58,217 bases of DNA from Bacteroidales bacterium (lineage in GTDB: Bacteria > Bacteroidota > Bacteroidia > Bacteroidales > UBA12077): positions 1 through 58,217 of the forward strand of contig JANQHR010000024.1 of the NCBI GenBank assembly GCA_028282585.1. The letters are read 5' to 3'. Below, in pieces: positions 1-10,282 of this stretch. Position 1 is the first letter of the stretch. Each line of letters opens with the position of its first letter. The notes under the pieces are model-generated. The model made no database searches. It saw only the letters and a program-made list of their open reading frames with translations, and had not been told where the DNA came from. Made by a program: the position numbers and the translations under genes.

Positions 1-100
1 GTATAAATCCAAAAGATTTTTATAAAAAAGTAGCTGTAAAACTTAATCTACAGCTTCTCAATTTTTATAGTTTACTTACTTCTGAAATTGCCTAAATAAT

Positions 101-130
101 AAAAAACCGCCTCAATTAGTTTTGAGACGG
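101..130 (-). terminator. Intrinsic terminator downstream of the zinc-ribbon gene
   Basis: Imperfect hairpin CCGCCTCAA-ttagtt-TTGAGACGG with an adjacent A6 tract, which reads as a U tract on the - strand; ~20 bp past the stop. Confidence 0.6.
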
Positions 131-152
131 CTTCTTACTTTTTTTCATTAAT

Positions 153-911
153 TTATTTGAATTCTTCTTCCATATCCGGATCAACTAAAATTCGACCACA
201 ATATTCACAAACAATAATTTTTTTACGAGAACGAACATCTAACTGACGCTGAGGAGGAATTTTGTTAAAACATCCACCACATGCATCACGTTCAACCGGA
301 ACAACTGCTAAACCATTACGCGCATTTCCGCGAATCTTTTTATAAGCATTACACAAACGTTCCTCAATTAAATTCTGAATTTCTTTTGATTTATTTTCTA
401 AATCTTCTTCTTCTTTCTGTGTTTCAGAAGTAATTGACTCAAGTTCTCCTTTTTTTGTTTCCAGATCGCCTGTTCTATCTTCTAAAATTCCTTGAGATTC
501 TTCAATAACTGTTTTCTTCTCTTCTATTTTTCCAGTGAATTCTTTAATTCTTTTTTCGCACAACTCAATTTCCAGAGTCTGATATTCTATCTCTTTTGAC
601 AATGAATCGAACTCACGATTATTTCGAACATTATTTTGTTGTTCTGTATATTTTTTAATTAATGCCTGAGCATCTTTTATCTCGTTTTTCTTATTGCTAA
701 TAGACTCTTCAAGCTTAACGACATCATCTTCATAGTTTTGAATACGGGTTTGTAAACCTTCAATCTCATCTTCCAAATCCTGAACCTCAAGAGGAAGCTC
801 CCCACGTAATCTTTTTATATCATCGATTTTTGAATCTACCATTTGCAGTTCAAATAATGCCTTTAATTTTTCCTCAACCGTTAAATCTGTGTTTTCCTTT
901 ACTTTAGCCAT
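153..911 (-). CDS. Coiled-coil / C4-type zinc ribbon protein (DUF164 family)
   Basis: Long heptad coiled coil followed by CGGCFNKIPPQ...CEYCGRIL; the usual partner of the Nif3 gene. Confidence 0.9.
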   Translation of the reverse strand: MAKVKENTDLTVEEKLKALFELQMVDSKIDDIKRLRGELPLEVQDLEDEIEGLQTRIQNYEDDVVKLEESISNKKNEIKDAQALIKKYTEQQNNVRNNREFDSLSKEIEYQTLEIELCEKRIKEFTGKIEEKKTVIEESQGILEDRTGDLETKKGELESITSETQKEEEDLENKSKEIQNLIEERLCNAYKKIRGNARNGLAVVPVERDACGGCFNKIPPQRQLDVRSRKKIIVCEYCGRILVDPDMEEEFK

Positions 912-914
912 TTT

Positions 915-2009
915 TTATAAATAATTAATCGGATTCGAATTTATTTCTGTAAAACGAACTGCAAATTTAGGGAATTTTTTTATAAGTAATTCATAAAAAA
1001 GTTCTTTTGTAATTTGTTCTGATTCAAAATGTCCAATATCAGCGATTACGATTTTACCTTCTGCATCAAAAAACTGATGATATTTAAAATCACCAGAAAT
1101 TAAAATGTCTGCATTTTGCCGAATTGCATCCTTTAACAAAAAACTTCCGCTGCCACCACAAACTGCAACTCGCTTTATCGATTTATTTAACAACTTTGTA
1201 TACCTTACGCATCTAGCATCAAAAATTTTCTTAATTTTATTCAGGAGTTGCAACTCACCCTCTTCCTTTTCCAACTCTCCAATAATTCCATAACCTACTC
1301 TATCAAATTTATTTTCTAATGGGTAAATATCATATGCAACTTCTTCATATGGATGAGATTTTATTAACGCTTTTAGAATCTTATTTTTAAGATGTTTTGG
1401 AAATATCGTTTCTACACGAACTTCCTCTTCAAAATGAATTTCGCCTTTATTTCCGACAAAAGGGTTTGCGTTTTCACTGGCCCTGAATGTACCTTTTCCT
1501 TCTAAATTATAACTACACATATCATAATCACCTATTTTACCTGCGCCTGCCTCAAAAACTGCAATTCTGGTTTCGTCAGCTTGTTTCGTTGGAACGAAGT
1601 ATACTAACTTCATTAAGTGATTTGATATGGGAGCTAAGATTTTCTGGTTTTGCAATTTAAGTTTATCAGCAATTTTACTGCTTACACCTCCCCAAATACT
1701 ATCAAGATTGGTATGAGCTGCATATATTGCAATATCGTTTTTTATAGCCTTTAAAATTATCCTTTCTGTAAAATCTTTTCCTGTTATTTTCTTGATTCCG
1801 GATCGCATAATAGGATGATGAGATAATACTAAATTTAAATCTTTATCAATTGCTTCCTGAATAATTTCTTCTGTAATATCAACTGTAATCAAAGCACCAT
1901 TAATTTCTTGTTCCGGATCTCCAATAATTAAACCAGCATTATCATAATCTTCTTGGTATGCAAGTGGTGCAATAGATTCTATATAAGAAGTAATTTCTTT
2001 AAGTTTCAT
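915..2009 (-). CDS. Nif3-like dinuclear metal-centre protein (YqfO / GTP cyclohydrolase 1 type 2 homolog)
   Basis: YDNAGL, SHHP, HTNLD, AGAGKIGDY, HPYEEVAYD (PII-like insert), GDFKYH, GHFESE. Confidence 0.93.
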   Translation of the reverse strand: MKLKEITSYIESIAPLAYQEDYDNAGLIIGDPEQEINGALITVDITEEIIQEAIDKDLNLVLSHHPIMRSGIKKITGKDFTERIILKAIKNDIAIYAAHTNLDSIWGGVSSKIADKLKLQNQKILAPISNHLMKLVYFVPTKQADETRIAVFEAGAGKIGDYDMCSYNLEGKGTFRASENANPFVGNKGEIHFEEEVRVETIFPKHLKNKILKALIKSHPYEEVAYDIYPLENKFDRVGYGIIGELEKEEGELQLLNKIKKIFDARCVRYTKLLNKSIKRVAVCGGSGSFLLKDAIRQNADILISGDFKYHQFFDAEGKIVIADIGHFESEQITKELFYELLIKKFPKFAVRFTEINSNPINYL

Positions 2010-2042
2010 TTAAATAAGATTTTTGTTGATAAATATGAGGAA

Positions 2043-2378
2043 CTATAGTTCCTCACGTATTTCTAATAATAGTGATTTTATTTCTTTGAGAGATTTAACC
2101 ACTTCGAAATTCTGTAGAGTTCCTTCTTTATTTTCTTTTAATTTTTTCTTGGCTCCTTTTAATGTTAAACCCAGCTCTTTTACCAAATAATAAATTATAT
2201 GAAAATTTTCTATGTCATCAATGGTAAAAAAACGATTGCCCTTTTTATTTTTTTTAGGTTTTATAATATCAAACTCTTTCTCCCAATAACGAATAAGTGA
2301 AGGATTTACAGCAAACATTTCAGCTACCTCGCCTATGCTGTAATACAATTTCTCAACGCGTTTTTCTTTATAGGGCAT
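2043..2378 (-). CDS. MerR-family HTH transcriptional regulator
   Basis: YYSIGEVAEMFAVNPSLIRYWEKEF...KGNRFF. Confidence 0.9.
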   Translation of the reverse strand: MPYKEKRVEKLYYSIGEVAEMFAVNPSLIRYWEKEFDIIKPKKNKKGNRFFTIDDIENFHIIYYLVKELGLTLKGAKKKLKENKEGTLQNFEVVKSLKEIKSLLLEIREEL

Positions 2379-2435
2379 ATTTTGGAGATGTTTTGTGAAC
2401 CAATAAAAATATAAAATTAATACAAAGAAACAAAG

Positions 2436-3929
2436 TTAATTCATTAATCCAAAACAATATAAATAACCATCGCGCGATGCAATGTATATTTTATAATCCC
2501 ACACAATAGGAGTTGACTCGAACGTACCCTTGCGTTTTTGAATTAATCTGAATTTATTATTATCGTATTCAAATAAATGAATTCCCCAATAACCAGCAAC
2601 TATCAGCTTATTATCTACAAAAATAGGCGTTGATATAGATGGGCCTGTTTTATACTTGAACATGAGTTGAGGCGTATTATAAATACTTGTGCTATCAGGT
2701 CCCAAAACTGTTTTTGTTGAATCAATACTTTTGTGATCAACTACATATAAGTATCCATCAATTCCGACAAAAGCTGCCAAATGAGTTTCTTCTGATTTTA
2801 TATAATTATCATTAATTCCAACTGAACCAATAATTCCTCCCTCCCAACCTACGAATTCTTTATCTTCAACAGGAAAGTACCAAATTGGTGCCTCATTAGG
2901 TTCTTTTGAAGGATCTAACTTAAAAGCTCCTCCTTTCCCTTTTATATATTGCTTCTCAACTGAAACCAGAATATTACTATCCGATGTTACAATTGCAGAA
3001 CCATCGATATCAGAACCTATGTAAAAATCCCAATCTAATTCTTTTGTTTTTAAATTGTATCCCCAAACATGTCCGGATCCCGAGGCAACATAAATTCTGT
3101 TTCCTAATAGTGATGGTGATGATTCCGTTACCACATTATTACGGTGTTTGTAAACATCATCCATTGTATAAAGCTTACTCTCCTGAATTATTTTAGGCTG
3201 AAACATTCCATTCAACATTTGCCCATTTCTGTGGTCCGGGTCAAAAACTGTAAAATACGAATTTTCTAATCCCAAATAGGCTGTATCGTTTAATATTAGT
3301 GCAGAACCATCCACATCTCGAGAATAACTGTGTGTCCACTTCTGGTCCATACGCCAAAGCTCTTTTCCCGAGAAATACGAAATTGCTCTGTAGCTCGGAA
3401 CATGTTTTGCATCCAAAAAATGCCCGGTTCCTAATCTACTTCCTTGCAATATGACGATTCCATTTTCTGGTAAATCCGGATTATTGTTTAGCCATAACGT
3501 TCCTGTTCCTTTAATGACATCGTCGAATTTATACTGCCAAATTAATTTACCAGTCTCAGCTTCAATTTTTTTAAGATGATGGTCATATGCACCTTGAATA
3601 AGATAAAGCTTTCCCTTTTCTTTCACCAATAAAGGTTGACCTGTCCATCCAGCTCCTGCCCATTCACGGGTGCCTGATTTTCTAGATATTACTGTTTCTC
3701 CTTTCCCTAAATAGTGCTTCCAGACTATTGCAAGTGTATCCGGTGCATTTTCTCCATAAAAATTACGTTGCCAATTCCCTAGAAAAGTTTGGATTATTGG
3801 ATAAGTCAGGGTATCAAGTGAAATTATTGTGTCATTTTTTATTTTTTCTAACTCTTGGCCCTTTAAATCAGAGTAAAAAAAAATTCCCGCGAAAATGGGA
3901 ATTATGATAAATTGAACTGCCAATTTCAT
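2436..3929 (-). CDS. Exported PQQ-binding-like beta-propeller protein
   Basis: Signal peptide ending LKG|Q; propeller repeats (ETGKLIWQY, SGKELWR, ESSPS, STPI, ASRDGYLYCF); GWTGQP motif. Confidence 0.75.
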   Translation of the reverse strand: MKLAVQFIIIPIFAGIFFYSDLKGQELEKIKNDTIISLDTLTYPIIQTFLGNWQRNFYGENAPDTLAIVWKHYLGKGETVISRKSGTREWAGAGWTGQPLLVKEKGKLYLIQGAYDHHLKKIEAETGKLIWQYKFDDVIKGTGTLWLNNNPDLPENGIVILQGSRLGTGHFLDAKHVPSYRAISYFSGKELWRMDQKWTHSYSRDVDGSALILNDTAYLGLENSYFTVFDPDHRNGQMLNGMFQPKIIQESKLYTMDDVYKHRNNVVTESSPSLLGNRIYVASGSGHVWGYNLKTKELDWDFYIGSDIDGSAIVTSDSNILVSVEKQYIKGKGGAFKLDPSKEPNEAPIWYFPVEDKEFVGWEGGIIGSVGINDNYIKSEETHLAAFVGIDGYLYVVDHKSIDSTKTVLGPDSTSIYNTPQLMFKYKTGPSISTPIFVDNKLIVAGYWGIHLFEYDNNKFRLIQKRKGTFESTPIVWDYKIYIASRDGYLYCFGLMN

Positions 3930-3938
3930 ATATTAATT

Positions 3939-4910
3939 TTAATCAAAAGATTGTCCACTATTTGAAGATATAAAGATCATCTTATCAAATTCTTCCGGCG
4001 ATAAATCGTTGAAATAATAATGAACAGGATTTACCTTTTGCCCATTTTTAAATACTTCATAATGTAAATGCGGAGCAGTTGATGTTCCGGAAGAGCCAAC
4101 AAATCCAATAACTTCACCTCGCTTAACTTTCTGTCCCCTTCGAACATTAAAACCATTAAGATGAGCATATAAACTCTTATACCCAAAACCATGATCTATC
4201 ACAATTCTCTTTCCGTAACCCCGTAAAGAGTTTTCTACTGTTTCAACAGTGCCATCACCGGTTGCATATATTTCGGTGCCTGTAGGAGCAGTAAAGTCCA
4301 TACCGTAATGAAACTTCCTGATTTTATAAATTGGGTGAATTCTCCATCCCCAACCGGATGCTGTTCTACGTAAATCATTATTTGCGATTGGCATAATTGC
4401 CGGAACACAAGCAACCATGCGTTCTTTATTTTTAGCTAGCTCAATCACTTCGTCATATGATTTTGTTTGAACATATAATTGTTTTGTAATCTTATCCAGT
4501 CTCTGTGCTGTCTCAGTTACTAACTCCGAATTTTTATATCCTTGCAAATCGATATATCTATTAGTACCCCCAAATCCGGCTGATCGAACTGACGGAGGAA
4601 TTGGTTCTGCCTCGAAAATAACACGATAAATGTTATCATCTCTTTTTTGAAGATCCTCTAAAGTTTTCTCTACCAGATCAAAACGATTATTTAATATCTT
4701 ATACTGAGTAGCTAATTGCTGATTTTCTCGTATCAATCCTTTTTCCTTAGGTGTATCGAAAAAAACAATGAATATTAGATTATAAATAACTGCAATAATT
4801 AATGTTGCCATGAAGTAGGTAAGAAATCGATAAAACTTTTGTTTTCCGGACAAAACAATTTTATCGTAACTAAGAGTTTTATGATCAAACCGATATCTTA
4901 CTTTTGCCAT
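3939..4910 (-). CDS. M23 family metallopeptidase (peptidoglycan endopeptidase), copy 2
   Basis: N-terminal TM helix and coiled coil, then HYGMDF (HxxxD) and PHLHYEV (HxH). Confidence 0.93.
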   Translation of the reverse strand: MAKVRYRFDHKTLSYDKIVLSGKQKFYRFLTYFMATLIIAVIYNLIFIVFFDTPKEKGLIRENQQLATQYKILNNRFDLVEKTLEDLQKRDDNIYRVIFEAEPIPPSVRSAGFGGTNRYIDLQGYKNSELVTETAQRLDKITKQLYVQTKSYDEVIELAKNKERMVACVPAIMPIANNDLRRTASGWGWRIHPIYKIRKFHYGMDFTAPTGTEIYATGDGTVETVENSLRGYGKRIVIDHGFGYKSLYAHLNGFNVRRGQKVKRGEVIGFVGSSGTSTAPHLHYEVFKNGQKVNPVHYYFNDLSPEEFDKMIFISSNSGQSFD

Positions 4911-4930
4911 AAATTCAGTTATTTACAGCT

Positions 4931-4938
4931 CAAATATA
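4931..4938 (-). promoter_or_regulatory. Bacteroidota sigma-A -7 element for M23 copy 2
   Basis: CAAATATA on + reads TATATTTG on -, an exact TAnnTTTG match 20 bp before the ATG. Confidence 0.55.
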
Positions 4939-4954
4939 ATGAAATATTTTAAAA

Positions 4955-5926
4955 TTAATCCATGGGATTGCGTCTTTTTGAAAGCGTAGCAATCATTAAT
5001 TCGTATTCTTCTTCACTAATATCGTTAAAATAGTAATTAATAGGATCTATTGGTTTATTGTGAAGTTTAACCTCATAATGAAGATGAGCTCCTGTAGAAC
5101 GTCCCGTATTCCCTAGTGTTCCTATGACCTCGCCACGCTTTACCTTCTGGCCTTTATCAACATGAATTCTTTCGAGGTGAGCATAGATAGTTTTGTAGCC
5201 ATACCCATGATCAATGGTTACACGGTTACCATACCCATGAAAAGTATAACCTGCTTCTACCACAACACCATCTCCAGTTGCAAAAATATCTGCACCTTCC
5301 GGACCAGTAAAATCCATCCCGTAATGCATTGTTCTTTTCCCGGTAAAAGGGTCATTGCGAAATCCAAAATAATCGCTAATCCTTGTAAAATCTTTAAGAG
5401 CAACCGGTTGAATTGCCGGTATACTAGAAATCATTTTTTCCTTATTCTTCGCTAACTCTATAACTGTATCAAATGATTTTGATTGCACGTAGATTTTCTT
5501 TGATAAAACATCCATCCTTTTGAAAGTTTCAATCATAACATCAGAACTTTCATACCCCTCTAAATCTAAATAACGGTTTGTTCCTCCAAAGCCAGCTTCT
5601 CTAACCGAATATGGTATCGGATCCAACTCAAAAATTGATCTGTAAAAGTAGTCATCACGTTGTTGAATATCACTGATGATAAAATCTACCTGCTGAAGTC
5701 TGTCATTTAATGCATCATAATTAGAAAGCAATTCAAATTTTTCATCCTCTAATTGAATAACCTTTGGTGTCTTATGAAAAGATGTGAAAATTACATTTAC
5801 AATCACCGCAGATAATCCTGTTATCATAAAAAAAGCTAAAACTCTTTGTATTTTCTGCTTCCATACTAGTTTTACTTTTTTAAAAGTAAGAGACTTAGAA
5901 TCAAAATGATATTTGATCTTGGGCAT
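4955..5926 (-). CDS. M23 family metallopeptidase, copy 1
   Basis: Same architecture and length (323 aa) as its neighbour; HYGMDF and AHLHYEV. Confidence 0.93.
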   Translation of the reverse strand: MPKIKYHFDSKSLTFKKVKLVWKQKIQRVLAFFMITGLSAVIVNVIFTSFHKTPKVIQLEDEKFELLSNYDALNDRLQQVDFIISDIQQRDDYFYRSIFELDPIPYSVREAGFGGTNRYLDLEGYESSDVMIETFKRMDVLSKKIYVQSKSFDTVIELAKNKEKMISSIPAIQPVALKDFTRISDYFGFRNDPFTGKRTMHYGMDFTGPEGADIFATGDGVVVEAGYTFHGYGNRVTIDHGYGYKTIYAHLERIHVDKGQKVKRGEVIGTLGNTGRSTGAHLHYEVKLHNKPIDPINYYFNDISEEEYELMIATLSKRRNPMD

Positions 5927-5977
5927 AATATTTACTACTTAAAACATTAATTATCAAAAAAAACACAACGTTAGCGA

Positions 5978-5985
5978 CAAATCTA
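5978..5985 (-). promoter_or_regulatory. -7 element for M23 copy 1
   Basis: CAAATCTA on + reads TAGATTTG on - (TAnnTTTG). Confidence 0.5.
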
Positions 5986-6081
5986 ACTTAAATAAATTAA
6001 TTTTACAACCCTGAAAATATAAAAATAATCTTATTTCATATTTTAAATAATTAGTTTTAACTGTTTTTAATCTAGGTTTTT

Positions 6082-8700
6082 ATGAATTCTAAAGAAATCA
6101 GAAGTAAGTTTTTAAGTTTCTTTGAGAGCAAGAATCATGTAATAGTTCCATCAGCTCCAATGGTTATAAAAAACGATCCAACCCTTATGTTTACTAATGC
6201 GGGGATGAATCAGTTTAAAGATATTTTCCTTGGAAACAACCCTGCAAAAGATAACCGTGTAGCTGATTCACAAAAGTGTTTAAGAGTTTCAGGTAAGCAT
6301 AATGATCTTGAAGAAGTAGGGCACGATACGTATCATCACACCATGTTTGAAATGTTAGGAAACTGGTCGTTCGGTGATTATTTTAAAAAAGAAGCTATTA
6401 AATGGGCATACGAATTCCTGGTTAAGGAAATGGGTATTGATCCTGAAAGACTATATGTAACGGTTTTTGAAGGAAGTAAAGAAGATGCTTTAGATTTGGA
6501 CTTAGAAGCAAAAGATTATTGGAAAGATTACTTACCAGAAGACAGAATTATTAATGGATCAAAGAAAGATAATTTCTGGGAAATGGGAGAAACAGGCCCT
6601 TGTGGTCCTTGTTCAGAGATGCATTTAGATATAAGAAACGATGCCGAACGAAAAGAAACTCCAGGATACAAATTAGTAAATAAGGATCATCCTTTGGTTA
6701 TCGAAATATGGAACTTGGTATTTATTCAATATAATAGAAAATCAAATGGAGCTCTTGAGTTACTTCCAAACAAACATGTTGATACAGGAATGGGGTTCGA
6801 AAGACTTTGTATGGCATTACAGGGGAAAAAATCCAATTATGATACTGATGTTTTCCAACCTTTGATCCAATTTATTGCAAAAGCTTCTGGTATAAAATAT
6901 GGTGACAACGAACAAGCTGATGTTGCAATGCGCGTTATATCAGATCACCTAAGGGCTATTAGTTTCTCTATTGCTGATGGACAATTACCTTCTAATGTGA
7001 AAGCTGGCTACGTAATACGACGTATTTTAAGAAGGGCTGTAAGGTATGGCTATACTTTCTTAAATTTTAATGAACCATTTATTTATAAACTATTACCAGT
7101 TCTCATCGAAATCTTAGGTGATGCATATCCAGAATTAAAGCTTCAGCAAGAATTAATAGAAAAGGTAATTCTTGAAGAAGAAACATCCTTTTTGAAAACA
7201 TTAGAAACCGGCATTCGCTTATTAGACAAAATTATTAAAAATACGAAAGATGATGAATATAACGTTATTGCCGGAAAAGTAGCTTTTGAGTTATACGACA
7301 CTTATGGTTTCCCGTTCGACTTAACTGAATTAATTGCACGAGAGCATAATCTTGTTGTAAATAAGAAAGAATTTGAAGAAGAAATGGAAAACCAAAAAAA
7401 TAGATCAAGAAGTGCCGCAAGTGTAGATACAGAAGACTGGATGGAGCTTTTAAAAGACGATATCGAAGAATTTGTTGGTTACGATTATCTGGAAACTGAA
7501 GTTAAAATTACAAGATACAGGAAGGTAACACAAAAGAAAAAAGAGTATTACCAGCTAATATTTAATATCTCTCCATTTTACGCCGAAAGTGGTGGACAAG
7601 TTGGAGATCAGGGTTATATAGAAGCTAATGGAGAAAAAGTAAGGATTCTTAATACAATAAAAGAAAATAACCTTACTATTCATTTAACTGAAAAATTGCC
7701 AATAGATACTAAAGCAACGTTTAAGGCAGTTGTTGATTCTCGCAAAAGAGCATCAACTGCTAATAATCATACAGCTACACACTTATTGCACCAAGCATTA
7801 AGAAAGGTTTTAGGCGAACATGTGGAACAAAAAGGCTCATTAGTGCATCCTGATCATTTGCGTTTTGATTTTAGTCATTTCCAAAAACTAACTGATGAAG
7901 AAATCAGGGAGATTGAGATTATTGTAAATGAAAAGATCAGACAAAATATACAAGTAGATGAACATAGGAATATTCCTATGAAAGCCGCATCTGACATGGG
8001 TGCTATTGCTTTATTCGGAGAGAAATATGGCGATACAGTGCGCGTTATTAAATTTGATGATTCGGTTGAATTATGTGGTGGAACCCACGTTACAAACTCC
8101 GGACAAATTGGATTTTTCAAAATCATGAGTGAAAGTTCAATCGCTGCAGGAATTAGAAGAATCGAAGCAATTACTGGTGAGAAAGTAGTCGAATACGTAT
8201 TTGACCAGATACAGGAATTAGGTGAAGTTAAAGCTCTATTTAAAAATCCAAAAAATGTTGTTGAAAGCGTTAAATCATTATTTGAAGAGGTTACAAAACT
8301 AAATAAGCATATAGAAGAATTGACCAAAGAGCAAGCTCAAGCCATTAAAAAACATCTTAAGGCGCAGGTTCAAAAAGTCAATGAAGTGAATTTTATTGGA
8401 TACAAAGTTGGTTTAAATTCTGCAGCCGCAATTAAAGATTTAGCTTTCCAACTAAAAAACGAAATGGATAATTTAGTACTCATAATTGGAGCAGAAATAA
8501 ATGAAAAAGCTAATTTATCTGTAATGATATCTGAATCATTAGTAAAAGAAAAGGGTTGGAATGCAGCTCAGATTATTCGAGAAGTCGCAAAAGAAATTCA
8601 AGGTGGTGGAGGTGGACAACCATTTTATGCTACAGCGGGTGGCAAAAATCCGGATGGAATTAATGCTGCAATTGAAAAGGTAAAAGAACTAATTTCGTAA
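6082..8700 (+). CDS. alaS: Alanine--tRNA ligase
   Basis: [41 protein letters not shown], editing HTATHLL and ELCGGTH, C-terminal GGGGG DHHA1. Confidence 0.99.
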   Translation: MNSKEIRSKFLSFFESKNHVIVPSAPMVIKNDPTLMFTNAGMNQFKDIFLGNNPAKDNRVADSQKCLRVSGKHNDLEEVGHDTYHHTMFEMLGNWSFGDYFKKEAIKWAYEFLVKEMGIDPERLYVTVFEGSKEDALDLDLEAKDYWKDYLPEDRIINGSKKDNFWEMGETGPCGPCSEMHLDIRNDAERKETPGYKLVNKDHPLVIEIWNLVFIQYNRKSNGALELLPNKHVDTGMGFERLCMALQGKKSNYDTDVFQPLIQFIAKASGIKYGDNEQADVAMRVISDHLRAISFSIADGQLPSNVKAGYVIRRILRRAVRYGYTFLNFNEPFIYKLLPVLIEILGDAYPELKLQQELIEKVILEEETSFLKTLETGIRLLDKIIKNTKDDEYNVIAGKVAFELYDTYGFPFDLTELIAREHNLVVNKKEFEEEMENQKNRSRSAASVDTEDWMELLKDDIEEFVGYDYLETEVKITRYRKVTQKKKEYYQLIFNISPFYAESGGQVGDQGYIEANGEKVRILNTIKENNLTIHLTEKLPIDTKATFKAVVDSRKRASTANNHTATHLLHQALRKVLGEHVEQKGSLVHPDHLRFDFSHFQKLTDEEIREIEIIVNEKIRQNIQVDEHRNIPMKAASDMGAIALFGEKYGDTVRVIKFDDSVELCGGTHVTNSGQIGFFKIMSESSIAAGIRRIEAITGEKVVEYVFDQIQELGEVKALFKNPKNVVESVKSLFEEVTKLNKHIEELTKEQAQAIKKHLKAQVQKVNEVNFIGYKVGLNSAAAIKDLAFQLKNEMDNLVLIIGAEINEKANLSVMISESLVKEKGWNAAQIIREVAKEIQGGGGGQPFYATAGGKNPDGINAAIEKVKELIS

Positions 8701-8799
8701 TCGTTACAAGTGAAACGAAGCCTGCCTGCCAACAGGTAAGCAATCCTTAGTAAAAAAATAACTTCGCTCTGCTTATTGGCATGCAGGTTCGCTATAACA
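8700..8799. repeat. Degenerate REP/REPIN-like inverted repeat between convergent genes
   Basis: CCTGCCTGCCAACAGGTAAG (8721-8740) is inversely repeated by TCTGCTTATTGGCATGCAGG (8768-8787); outer arms GTTACAAGTGAA / TTCGCTATAAC. Confidence 0.55.
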
Positions 8800-8805
8800 A
8801 CAAAT

Positions 8806-10107
8806 TTATTTTTCAACTAAATTAGAAGGAACCTGTGGAGTAGAAATCAGATACTCAAATAGTTTCCATGTTTCCGTTTTTGTATCGCCTGAGTTTTCAT
8901 TCATGTATGTTCTCACCATATCAAGCCCTACATTATAATTAATTATATAAGTACGGTAAGCTTCGATAAAACTTATACTCTTTTCTGCTCTTTCTCTTGT
9001 ATTTAGTGCATATTTTATTAACCATTCTATCGTTTCTTCTTTACTTTTTTCTCCATTTAAATATTTTTTGGCCGCAGCATTCCTTACGTACGATATTTCA
9101 CCAACTAGTTCCAAAACCTGATAGTACTTCTCTGCTTTATTAGAATCCAATCCTGCTAAAGGAAAAAGAACTTCTTTTTCAAATTTGATTTTTTCCTCAA
9201 AAGGAAAAGCAATTTCGATTCCATAGTTTGCCGTTCCCTCCGCAATTAAAGATTGTGGACTATATAACGGGTAAACTGAAAATTCCATCCAGTTATTCTT
9301 TTTTACCATATTCGTTTCCAATAAACAATTATAAACATGATGACCCGGATATCCTTCGTGAGCCGCTAAATCAATCGCTCTATCAATATAAATTGGTAAA
9401 TCGGTATTTATCTGAATTAAACTAAAATTATTTCCTTTGTACCAGTTATAGCCTCCCCAAGGCTTATCTGACACAAACTCTAAAATAAAGCTCTCATTCT
9501 CTGGCATATCTATAAATTCTTCGGTTCTTTTTTTAGCTTCTTCAATAGCAACTTTAAAAACCACTTCTAATTTTGCTTTTGGGATGATAAAATCCTTTTT
9601 AAATTCTGTTAATCTTTGTGTTAAATCTCCTTCACCAGGAAGTAATGCATCTAACTCCTCAATTAACTTTTCGAAATGTTCAACTGAATAATCCGGTGTT
9701 ATTACATCGTACAATATTTTTGTTTCTTCATCGAAAGTAAAATGCTTTCCTCCAACCAATTCTATTCTTCCCTTAATTGCCCTGAGCTGTTTATTCAAAT
9801 ATATATGCCGCAATTTCAAATCTTTTTCTAACTTTCCAATTTTAATTTCATTTAGTTGATTCTGAATTAATTTTGCTTTTTCAAGAAGTAACTGAACAGG
9901 CATTTCAGCATCTTCATCTATTAATGGTTCTGGCTTCCATTCTTCCGGACCATAATAAGCATCAACAAAATATGGATCATACAATCCGGCTTCTAATACT
10001 AGTTTTACATAATTTTCTGCAATTGAATTAAACGCTTGATTGTAATCTACTTTTAACTGACATGATAACAAGCCAAATAAAAAAACTATTGCTATTATTT
10101 TTTTCAT
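8806..10107 (-). CDS. Lipoprotein, DUF885-like putative metallopeptidase
   Basis: Lipobox LLSC; AAHEGYPGHH and EGTANY motifs resemble DUF885-like Zn sites. Confidence 0.65.
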   Translation of the reverse strand: MKKIIAIVFLFGLLSCQLKVDYNQAFNSIAENYVKLVLEAGLYDPYFVDAYYGPEEWKPEPLIDEDAEMPVQLLLEKAKLIQNQLNEIKIGKLEKDLKLRHIYLNKQLRAIKGRIELVGGKHFTFDEETKILYDVITPDYSVEHFEKLIEELDALLPGEGDLTQRLTEFKKDFIIPKAKLEVVFKVAIEEAKKRTEEFIDMPENESFILEFVSDKPWGGYNWYKGNNFSLIQINTDLPIYIDRAIDLAAHEGYPGHHVYNCLLETNMVKKNNWMEFSVYPLYSPQSLIAEGTANYGIEIAFPFEEKIKFEKEVLFPLAGLDSNKAEKYYQVLELVGEISYVRNAAAKKYLNGEKSKEETIEWLIKYALNTRERAEKSISFIEAYRTYIINYNVGLDMVRTYMNENSGDTKTETWKLFEYLISTPQVPSNLVEK

Positions 10108-10248
10108 GGTTTTAATAAATTTTTTCGACCGGCTAATATATTAACTTTCATTTGAAAGACAATATCCTAAATCCTATTCTCGGAAAACACCGGTAAAACT
10201 GGCATTTCAGAACATTAAGAAATTGTTAATTGCAAAAGTAAAAATTCG

Positions 10249-10256
10249 TATATTTG
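10249..10256 (+). promoter_or_regulatory. -7 element of the acyl-CoA ligase gene
   Basis: TATATTTG 26 bp upstream of the ATG at 10283. Confidence 0.55.
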
Positions 10257-10282
10257 GTTGTTTTTAATCAAATTAACTGATT

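Noticed and set aside
7875-8327. 150-aa antisense ORF inside alaS, and the many other 60-116 aa shadow ORFs in the track
   Set aside because: They lie within well-supported genes, on the opposite strand or in another frame, and have no recognisable motifs.
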